16,805 nt of DNA from positions 141,332-158,136 of the IMG/VR virus record IMGVR_UViG_2974602345_000001; one strand, written 5' to 3'. This document shows positions 7,379 to 13,637 of this stretch, one piece after another. This DNA is from a virus (lineage: Duplodnaviria; Heunggongvirae; Uroviricota; Caudoviricetes). Positions within the stretch are counted from its first letter, which is position 1. The number at the start of each line of letters is the position of its first letter. The notes under the pieces were generated by a model. It did not search any database and was not told the DNA's origin. It was given only the letters and a program-made list of their open reading frames with translations. Made by a program: the position numbers and the translations under genes.

Positions 7379-9351
7379 CAGTTAACGTCAACAAAATCGC
7401 TGAGCGGACCGGCACAAACCCGATCAGCGTGAAGGACATTGCCAACAAGGTTACTTTGGCTGCGTCTGATGGTGCATCAAAGATCGGTTTCGGTTCAGGC
7501 ACCGTAGCAGATGAGCTGGTTAAAATCAAGGATACCTTGGTAACGCTTGAGGCGAACATCTGGAACTATGCGTCGCTCATCACAGAAAAGCCTTCATTGC
7601 TCGACCCTACCACTTGGGACTGGACTCCAGCTTTCCAAGCTGCTGCCAACCAGGGTGGGTCACTGTACGTCCCATCGTCGACTTACATCATCAGTCACGT
7701 ACAGGTGCCTAAGTCGTTCTTCATCCACGCAGCTGCAGGCACTGTGTTTTTCCAGAAGAACAACACCATTGTAGCCAAGACTCACTGGACGCCTGGCGTT
7801 GGTATGTTTGAGCTGTCGACTGATGGGATCAGCTTTGGCGTTGATGGTTTTTGGACGTTTGACGGTAACTCGGCAAACCAGGTTCAAATTGAGCCAGCAG
7901 GTACGTTCGTCAAGTGCATGCCGTTCAACCCTGCTACCAACACGAAGCCGACCACCATTGAACTCCACAACGGTACCTTCATCAATGGCTCTTACAGCTA
8001 TGTGATTGCGCGTGGTGATGCACTTCTGCGTCGGTTCGTGACAAAGGTCCACCTGCATAACTGCACCATGTATGACACCCTCTACGGTGTCGGTAAGGGT
8101 GACCCTGCTACTCCGTCGGCTCTTGGGTTCTCGCCTACCTATGTCATGGCTCTCGACTATGTGATCCTGACCACGCACAACCTGCGTATGTTCTTCGAGA
8201 AGCCGGTCAGCCTTGGTAAGTACGCAGCCACTGGTGTTCTGGGCACCTACTACGGTCAGGACTACGCCAACTCGGGCCAAGCACTGATCATGCTCGAAGG
8301 TATCACCTACTGCAAAGGCATGGGTCGGGGTGGTGTGAACTGGGACGGCGATCCACTGGGTCTGAACGGCATTGGCGTAATCGACGTCTACGGCAACGGT
8401 GATACTCTTCACGTTGAGCACGTTGTAGCTGAAGACTGCCACGTACAGGTCATCCGTGCAAAGGCATCGCTGAACAAGTTTCACGTTGGCAAGTTCGACC
8501 TGAATAACTGTGATGGCGGTATCCAGGTGTCTCCGTCGAGCACTGGTCCTGCAACTACCAGCGTTTACATCGGTCCAGGTGAAGCGACTGCATGCGCTGT
8601 GCCTATTGTTGAAGTAACCGGCACCACTACTTCTGACACCATTCAGAAGGCGGTTATTAACGGCGTATTCGTTAAGGGCGGAACAAACCCCAACGCTCGT
8701 ACCGCTGTAGGCTCTATCCACGTGAGAAACGTGATTGACGTGGCGATCAACGACGTCACTGTGCGGAACTGCCCTCTGTACGGTATCAGTGCAGTTGACA
8801 TCACTCGACTGTCCATCACAAACCCTGCCGTTCGAAACGTGGTTGGCGGTGTTGGTATCTGGATTTCAGGTGGTGTTGACATTGATATCAAAGGCGGTAC
8901 TGTTGCAAGTGCAACAGCTGGTGCAGCCATCAACATGGCAAGCGTCACGGGTGATATCCGTGTTGACCACGTTAAGACTTCGGGCACAAAGGACTACTCG
9001 ATTCTCATCAACAGCGCTTCAGCCAAGTCTGTCGTGATTGTGAACTGCCGAGCGGAGACTGTGTCCGACCTCAGCCGTGGTTATTACTCAGCTGTCGGGT
9101 TTGACCTGCTGGCGGGTAACAAAATCATCTCGGGCGTCACTACTCCGTGGGTCACACCAGCTGGCTTCCGGAACATCATTCGTGACAACTCGTGGGATCC
9201 ATACTTGGGTTGGGGTGGTGCAGCTGCTCCTACTACAGGTACCTACAACCGAGGCGACATCCTGCTCAACCAGTTCCCAACATCAGGGACACCAACTGGT
9301 TTCAGGTGCACCGTTGCAGGCTCACCTGGTACATGGGAAGCCTTCACCTAA
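7372..9351 (+). CDS. Tailspike 4, beta-helix depolymerase-like
   Basis: 659 aa. DWTPAFQAAANQGGSLYVPSSTYII start of a pectate-lyase-like domain, V/I-rich beta-helix rungs, C-terminal APTTGTYNRGD...GSPGTW motif homologous to TSP2. RBS AAGGA. Confidence 0.85.
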   Translation: MSTVNVNKIAERTGTNPISVKDIANKVTLAASDGASKIGFGSGTVADELVKIKDTLVTLEANIWNYASLITEKPSLLDPTTWDWTPAFQAAANQGGSLYVPSSTYIISHVQVPKSFFIHAAAGTVFFQKNNTIVAKTHWTPGVGMFELSTDGISFGVDGFWTFDGNSANQVQIEPAGTFVKCMPFNPATNTKPTTIELHNGTFINGSYSYVIARGDALLRRFVTKVHLHNCTMYDTLYGVGKGDPATPSALGFSPTYVMALDYVILTTHNLRMFFEKPVSLGKYAATGVLGTYYGQDYANSGQALIMLEGITYCKGMGRGGVNWDGDPLGLNGIGVIDVYGNGDTLHVEHVVAEDCHVQVIRAKASLNKFHVGKFDLNNCDGGIQVSPSSTGPATTSVYIGPGEATACAVPIVEVTGTTTSDTIQKAVINGVFVKGGTNPNARTAVGSIHVRNVIDVAINDVTVRNCPLYGISAVDITRLSITNPAVRNVVGGVGIWISGGVDIDIKGGTVASATAGAAINMASVTGDIRVDHVKTSGTKDYSILINSASAKSVVIVNCRAETVSDLSRGYYSAVGFDLLAGNKIISGVTTPWVTPAGFRNIIRDNSWDPYLGWGGAAAPTTGTYNRGDILLNQFPTSGTPTGFRCTVAGSPGTWEAFT

Positions 9352-9352
9352 C

Positions 9353-9381
9353 AAAAAGCCCTCTCACGAGGGCTTTTCTTT
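9353..9381. terminator. Bidirectional intrinsic terminator between late (+) and early (-) arms
   Basis: AAAAGCCCTC (9354-9363), loop TCAC, GAGGGCTTTT (9368-9377). A-tract on the left and T-tract on the right, between convergent genes. Confidence 0.9.
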
Positions 9382-9588
9382 GAGCTCAATGAGCCGTTGC
9401 TCAGGGTCGTATGTGTAGGCTTCAGGCCACTTGCCAGGAACCAACTTCATCTTGGTCCTGTATGGCATCTCAAGCTCTTCAGCGTGGCGCAGCAAGCGAT
9501 TGACCTCCATGCCTATACGCAGTGGGTCTTGGTTGCACAAGTCCACGATGCGGTTGAGGACCGCCACGCTGACCCGATACGACTTCAC
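9364..9588 (-). CDS. Hypothetical phage protein (74 aa)
   Basis: GTG start overlaps the previous stop (GTGA). The stop codon lies in the terminator loop. Confidence 0.7.
   Translation of the reverse strand: MKSYRVSVAVLNRIVDLCNQDPLRIGMEVNRLLRHAEELEMPYRTKMKLVPGKWPEAYTYDPEQRLIELKEKPS
9368..9383 (+). repeat. Truncated cassette copy D
   Basis: GAGGGCTTTTCTTTGA is identical (16 bp) to 3452-3467 and 5309-5324. Similarity stops just before CTATCATAAATA. Confidence 0.75.
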
Positions 9589-9887
9589 TTCCGAGCATCC
9601 GCATAGTTCGTCAGCTGAAGCATCTGCACATCAGAGCAATAGAAGTACGAACCGCACAACAACGCACCCGACTTGGAATCAGACAGCTTGCCGACGATGT
9701 TGGTGTCAGCATCACGAGGAATAGGTGCGATGTGCGCGTTGATGATGATCATACGATCACCAGCCAACTTTTGAATCAGCCAGTCCCTGATGTTCAGGAG
9801 CAGGCGTTTGGACTTCATGGGCACAATCTTGCCAGAACCTGCTGGTGGCTCTTCACGCATGTCGATGTACTTGATTTTGTCGCTCAT
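9585..9887 (-). CDS. Hypothetical phage protein (about 100 aa, MSDKIKYIDM...)
   Basis: Start moved from the track (9980) to ATG 9887, 1 nt after the upstream stop and preceded by AAGGA. Confidence 0.7.
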   Translation of the reverse strand: MSDKIKYIDMREEPPAGSGKIVPMKSKRLLLNIRDWLIQKLAGDRMIIINAHIAPIPRDADTNIVGKLSDSKSGALLCGSYFYCSDVQMLQLTNYADARK

Positions 9888-9888
9888 G

Positions 9889-10479
9889 TTACTCTTCCTT
9901 TTTGAGGTGCATTGGGATAATGAAGTCGCGGCACTTGATGCGCTTGAGCTCACCGTTTGGCATTGTAACGTCGAGCTCATCCATTTTCAAGCCCATATCA
10001 TCAGGGCTGTTGCCATAACCATGGCACTTGCGCGCAACCTTGACAGGATGGCCGTCCCAGGTGCCTTCGTCAACCAGCAGCTGACTGCTGAAAGACACAG
10101 TGTAGGTGAGCTCAGGGATCTCTTCATCCATGTCAGCCAGCGGTGGGTTGAACTCCTCCTCACCCTCGAGTGACTTGATGAAGTCCTTTACCTTCTGCGC
10201 AGCTTCAAGACTGACGAACTCAATCTCTTCATCAGACTTGCGCCCACGCTGACTGCTGGTTGCTACAGGCTCGTCATCCATGAAGTAGACGCGATAGCCT
10301 ACCCAGGTGTCAGTGCAGTACCAACGGATGAGGAAGTAACCTTTGACACGCCTTTCAAACTCATCGTGCCAGCCCATTCGATCATCGAGGCCTAGCACAC
10401 GGCTGAAATCATCGATGTCTGCACTAGACGAGTTGCGCTCAGAACGGTCAACCTTGTGGATCAGTTCACTGAGTTTCAT
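9889..10479 (-). CDS. Conserved-looking hypothetical phage protein (196 aa)
   Basis: ATGA overlap with the upstream gene. Globular composition with W-Y-C-T-D-T-W-V-G / DDEPVA..SQ..RKSDE motif that I recall from uncharacterised phage proteins. Confidence 0.85.
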   Translation of the reverse strand: MKLSELIHKVDRSERNSSSADIDDFSRVLGLDDRMGWHDEFERRVKGYFLIRWYCTDTWVGYRVYFMDDEPVATSSQRGRKSDEEIEFVSLEAAQKVKDFIKSLEGEEEFNPPLADMDEEIPELTYTVSFSSQLLVDEGTWDGHPVKVARKCHGYGNSPDDMGLKMDELDVTMPNGELKRIKCRDFIIPMHLKKEE

Positions 10480-10724
10480 TGGTACTGCCCTTCCTTGAGA
10501 TAGCCGGCGGCGACTGCACGTTTGTGTGCTTCGACCAGCTGTGGTGCTTTGGTTTGATGACTGGCTGACTGATAATCGCCATGGATGCCATAACGGCTTA
10601 CCAGAGTCCAGAACCTGCCTTCTTTGTCAACTGGCGGATGGTAGTACAGGTCCTCGCCGTTGAAGGTGCCCAAGAACCTGCAATGATCGCAGTCGTGCTC
10701 ATGCAGTGGCTTTTCGTTCGACAT
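10476..10724 (-). CDS. Small His/Cys-motif phage protein (82 aa, HEHDCDHC)
   Basis: Likely start ATG 10724 with GAGG RBS (track start 10802 lies deep inside the upstream gene). HxHDCxxC..FLG..DLYY motif. Confidence 0.75.
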   Translation of the reverse strand: MSNEKPLHEHDCDHCRFLGTFNGEDLYYHPPVDKEGRFWTLVSRYGIHGDYQSASHQTKAPQLVEAHKRAVAAGYLKEGQYQ

Positions 10725-11136
10725 GCTCAACCTCATGTGGTTTGTAATAGACGTCACTGCCTGCACCATCACGGCGAACCCACAATGTACCGTTAGGTTC
10801 AATGTACTTCACCACACCGCGAAACCCAGCATGGAATCCACAGGTAGGAGAACCTTTGACACGATCACCTACCTCGAACTTAGGCGGTTGTACGCGAGGT
10901 TTCCAGTTACCATACCACTCAGGCGGAGTTGGCTGGTTAGTCACGTGGCAATTGATAAAGTTTTCACCGCAACGTTTGCACGGATCAGTCAGCTTGACAG
11001 TGATACTCCGTACACTCATTTTCGTGTGAGCTTCACTACCACAGCCCTGACACTGAACGTAGGCGTACATTGAAGGTTCAGGTTCAGGTTTGTTCTGCCC
11101 ACAAAACAGCTTTTTGATCAGTTGAAACAGCTTCAT
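10699..11136 (-). CDS. Zinc-ribbon plus SH3/KOW-like domain protein (145 aa)
   Basis: CQGC...CKRC pairs, Pro-rich linker, then FEVGDRVK..F.GVV..WV.RDG..YY..HEVE. TGATG coupling. Confidence 0.8.
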   Translation of the reverse strand: MKLFQLIKKLFCGQNKPEPEPSMYAYVQCQGCGSEAHTKMSVRSITVKLTDPCKRCGENFINCHVTNQPTPPEWYGNWKPRVQPPKFEVGDRVKGSPTCGFHAGFRGVVKYIEPNGTLWVRRDGAGSDVYYKPHEVEHVERKATA

Positions 11137-11396
11137 CAGTAGCCTCGGCTCTTGATCAGTTTGGCGTCTTCTTCACCACGCGACGACAGGTTCAGGGTTT
11201 CGCTCATGCCCCAGCACTTGACGCCGTCAGTGAAACCTGCAGCTACAGGAGTGCGAAACACACGGCGCCAGTCACCCCAAGTCTGGTTCTTGATGCGACC
11301 CACGACTTCAGCCATGCAGTCGTGGTTGATCGACTCGTCGAAAATTACGATGGTTTCTTTTGCAGTGAGGTCTTCCATCATTACGATATATTTCAT
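11136..11396 (-). CDS. Hypothetical phage protein (86 aa)
   Basis: Coupled to both neighbours. MKYIV...IF...INH..MA...PVAAGF...C.G.SETL.L.SR..D..LI pattern that I recall from uncharacterised phage proteins. Confidence 0.8.
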   Translation of the reverse strand: MKYIVMMEDLTAKETIVIFDESINHDCMAEVVGRIKNQTWGDWRRVFRTPVAAGFTDGVKCWGMSETLNLSSRGEEDAKLIKSRGY

Positions 11397-11397
11397 T

Positions 11398-11712
11398 TCA
11401 CAGCCCCTTGAAGAAGAGTTTGATGGCGAGTTTGATGTACAGGCGCCGGGTTACTTTCATGCGCGCTTTACGACCGATGCCCTTTTCGATGATCCCGCGA
11501 TTCACAAGCGCCTGCCACAGCGTTCTGACATACGGATCATACGAGTAGACGAAATCCATCACAGCAGCCCTGGCTTGGTCAACTTCGCTGCGGTTGATGA
11601 GCCCAAGGCTGTGCAGATGGCCGATTGCCACGCACATGAACCTCGAACGATGGGCACTGAGCCCATAGGTCCTGCACAGGGCCATAAAGATGACGCGACT
11701 AGGCTTTTTCAT
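11398..11712 (-). CDS. Basic hypothetical phage protein (104 aa)
   Basis: ORF fills the gap between the terminator and the next gene. Ends 1 nt before the next ATG. Confidence 0.75.
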   Translation of the reverse strand: MKKPSRVIFMALCRTYGLSAHRSRFMCVAIGHLHSLGLINRSEVDQARAAVMDFVYSYDPYVRTLWQALVNRGIIEKGIGRKARMKVTRRLYIKLAIKLFFKGL

Positions 11713-11727
11713 TTTCGATCCATCATT

Positions 11728-11753
11728 AAAAAAGGCTGAGCCGAAGCCCAGCC
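11728..11753 (-). terminator. Intrinsic terminator with cUUCGg tetraloop
   Basis: Minus strand reads GGCTGGGC-TTCG-GCTCAGCC-TTTTTT: 8-bp stem with one G-U pair, the T4-typical UUCG loop, and a U6 tract. Confidence 0.9.
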
Positions 11754-11769
11754 AACACAGGAAACCCAG

Positions 11770-12009
11770 TTAGGCTACCTTTTCGAGGAAGCGCTCTGCG
11801 GCGGCAGTGTGCTTGTGCGCAGAGCGATAGGTCACACCATCCAGCGCGATGTCGTAGTCTGACTCGATGTTGCCATGCTGGTAGTGAAACGATGCAGTGA
11901 TGACGCCAACCTTACCGACATGCTCGATGTCAGGGATAACCATCAGCTTGTCTGGTTGACCTACTGCATTGATGATGCGAACCTTGTCGCCAGCTTTGAA
12001 AATGCCCAT
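11770..12009 (-). CDS. Small SH3/KOW-like beta-barrel protein (79 aa)
   Basis: FKAGDKVRII...GKVGVI...YDIALDG...ERFLEKV. RBS GAGG, directly downstream of a sigma70-type promoter. Confidence 0.8.
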   Translation of the reverse strand: MGIFKAGDKVRIINAVGQPDKLMVIPDIEHVGKVGVITASFHYQHGNIESDYDIALDGVTYRSAHKHTAAAERFLEKVA

Positions 12010-12053
12010 GATACTTCCTCACGATGAGTTGTAAGTGCTGCTTCAGTGAGATC

Positions 12054-12083
12054 ATTGTACACCAAAGGTTTGTGCACTTACAA
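12054..12083 (-). promoter_or_regulatory. Sigma70-type early promoter (TTGTAA-18-TACAAT)
   Basis: -10 TACAAT (12059-12054), -35 TTGTAA (12083-12078), in an 88-nt intergenic gap upstream of a GAGG RBS. Confidence 0.7.
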
Positions 12084-12097
12084 CCCTGATTTACAAA

Positions 12098-12304
12098 TCA
12101 GTCAACACGACCGCCGTTTTTGTCAACCGCCTGGCGCATGAAGCTTTCAATGGTTGGATGTTGAGGCTCAACCATCGCAGCTTGACACAGGCTCAGGTAG
12201 TCGTTCCACACCGCCACGCAGTAGCGATGAAACGTGGTGTGTCCCTGCTTGTCATTGTTGAACTGAGCAAGCAGGTAGTTCTTCATACGATACGGTTTCA
12301 TCAC
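12098..12304 (-). CDS. Hypothetical phage protein (68 aa)
   Basis: GTGA overlap with the upstream gene. Confidence 0.7.
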   Translation of the reverse strand: MMKPYRMKNYLLAQFNNDKQGHTTFHRYCVAVWNDYLSLCQAAMVEPQHPTIESFMRQAVDKNGGRVD

Positions 12305-13077
12305 ATCCCCTTGATGGCGTCAGTGTTGAGTTTGTGGCTGGTAGCCAGGTCACACAGCATGACGCGCAGATCATCAGGGCCCATGAAGTTGTCATGCACG
12401 CCTTGCAGACCGGCAATCAGCCCTTTGTGAGTATCAGGCACCAGCTCACGGTCAATCAGAGCGTACCAGCCCGACATACCATGCTTGTCCATCTCAGGCT
12501 TGTACTCGTGGTCAGCGATCAGAGCACCTGCAGCGCACTTCATGCCGTTCTTGCCACGGTACACGCAGCGCACGCCGCCGTTGACATCAGTGCTCTGCTC
12601 CTTCTGAGTCAGCAGATGGACAGCCGCTTGATCGAAGACTTCCTGCGCAGTCTTGTACTCCAGGTTGGCCAGGGTGACCTTGTCGAGCACGTCAGTGTTC
12701 AGGCCAAACTCTTCCGCAGTCCGGTGCAGTTCACGCTTGAAGTTGATCGGTTCATGATCGTCGTGAACGTGCTGCAGTGCACGGATGAGGCGGTCATGTG
12801 GAGTAGATGGAACCAGCTTGCGAGTGATCAAGGATGGCCACGACGTGCCACGCACGGCATCCTCTTTGTCCATCTCAGGCTTGTATTCATCGTCGGCGAT
12901 CAGACAGCCTGCTGCGCACTTGGTACCGTTTTCACCACGATACATGCAGTCATTGATGGTAGTACCTTCACGCACTTTCTGAGCCTTGGCGTTCTGGTGC
13001 AGGAGGTGTGCGGCTACCTGATCGAAGACTTGTTGGGCGGTTGCAGCTGCGAGGTTAGCGAGAGTGATTTTCTTCAT
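12301..13077 (-). CDS. Protein made of two tandem copies of a ~127-aa Cys/His-motif domain
   Basis: TLANL...TAQ.VFDQ...HLL.Q...C.YRG.NG.KCAAG.LIAD.EYKPEMDK...LQ.VHD...LNTD occurs twice. A 20-bp identical DNA repeat lies at 12485-12504 and 12866-12885 (381 nt apart). Confidence 0.9.
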   Translation of the reverse strand: MKKITLANLAAATAQQVFDQVAAHLLHQNAKAQKVREGTTINDCMYRGENGTKCAAGCLIADDEYKPEMDKEDAVRGTSWPSLITRKLVPSTPHDRLIRALQHVHDDHEPINFKRELHRTAEEFGLNTDVLDKVTLANLEYKTAQEVFDQAAVHLLTQKEQSTDVNGGVRCVYRGKNGMKCAAGALIADHEYKPEMDKHGMSGWYALIDRELVPDTHKGLIAGLQGVHDNFMGPDDLRVMLCDLATSHKLNTDAIKGM

Positions 13078-13267
13078 TTTGACGCTCCATATCGAAATTG
13101 ACTTTCAGTTTAGACCCACGCCAGTGACTTTCTTCACAGCGCATGAGATCACGTTGTTGAATGTGTGCATCGCGGCACCAGTGTTTCAGTGCGTAAGACT
13201 CTACGCTGGATTCAGGGGTGATGACAATGGTGCCGTATACATCCATCTCAGCTTTCATTTTCAGCAT
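13055..13267 (-). CDS. Hypothetical phage protein (about 67-70 aa)
   Basis: ORF between neighbours. ATG 13258 has better RBS spacing (AAGGTG) than 13267. Confidence 0.7.
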   Translation of the reverse strand: MLKMKAEMDVYGTIVITPESSVESYALKHWCRDAHIQQRDLMRCEESHWRGSKLKVNFDMERQNEENHSR

Positions 13268-13421
13268 ACACCTTAGTAGAACACGCAGGGCAGAAAAGAC
13301 CTGAGTAGGTATTACCTTTCTTGGTGGTGTAGTTTCTGAACGTCCACCACCCTGTAGGTGCAGCGCCGAACTTGACTCGTTTCATGAGCAAGCAGTGGCT
13401 GCACATTCTATGCTCACTCAC
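13248..13421 (-). CDS. Zinc-ribbon protein, 57 aa (not in ORF track)
   Basis: Manual translation from GTG 13421 (GGAG RBS 6 nt upstream): MSEHRMCSHCLLMKRVKFGAAPTGWWTFRNYTTKKGNTYSGLFCPACSTKVYAENES. Two CxxC pairs; fills the apparent gap exactly. Confidence 0.8.
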   Translation of the reverse strand: MSEHRMCSHCLLMKRVKFGAAPTGWWTFRNYTTKKGNTYSGLFCPACSTKVYAENES

Positions 13422-13424
13422 GGG

Positions 13425-13637
13425 TCACTCCAGGAAGGCGTGTTCGTGTTGATCGGACGGTGCCTTGGGCATCTGCATCCAGTGCGAGTACCATTCAGTC
13501 CAGTTCTGGAGGTACTCAACACGGACCGTTTCCCACAAAGCGCGTTTGATGTGGAAGGCCAAAACCTCACGGCCATCAGCCTGGCTTGGCAGGACTTTAG
13601 AAACTTCGAAATAATACTGCTGTGGGTGCTTGATCAC
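13425..13637 (-). CDS. DUF551-like small phage protein (70 aa)
   Basis: GTGA coupling. C-terminal YSHWMQMPKAP resembles the THWMxLPxPP end of DUF551. Confidence 0.7.
   Translation of the reverse strand: MIKHPQQYYFEVSKVLPSQADGREVLAFHIKRALWETVRVEYLQNWTEWYSHWMQMPKAPSDQHEHAFLE

Noticed and set aside
7660-8721. 353-aa ORF antisense to TSP4
   Set aside because: Lies wholly opposite a convincing gene, has no RBS/promoter and no recognisable motifs; consistent with a codon-bias shadow ORF.
217-9337. Numerous 60-145 aa alternative-frame and antisense ORFs within gp7 and TSP1-4
   Set aside because: All nested in long, motif-supported genes, with no translation signals.
5140-9348. TSP2/TSP4 C-terminal similarity as a DGR template/variable repeat or invertible shufflon
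   Set aside because: Differences are not adenine-specific, repeats are direct not inverted, and no reverse transcriptase or invertase is in the window.
3438-9383. Intergenic repeats as CRISPR or IS ends
   Set aside because: Spacing is about 2 kb with whole genes between; no cas or transposase; the repeats are explained as terminator/promoter units.
11152-11739. 195-aa + strand ORF spanning two minus-strand genes
   Set aside because: TTG start without RBS, S/P/R-rich non-globular first half, no convincing + strand promoter or terminator.
12086-12101. Palindrome as an FNR/ANR or CRP/Vfr site
   Set aside because: Spacing TGAT-N6-ATCA fits neither TTGAT-N4-ATCAA nor TGTGA-N6-TCACA; kept only as an unassigned palindrome.
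12334-13101. 255-aa + strand ORF with internal repetition
   Set aside because: Antisense shadow of the duplicated-domain gene; its repeats merely mirror that gene.
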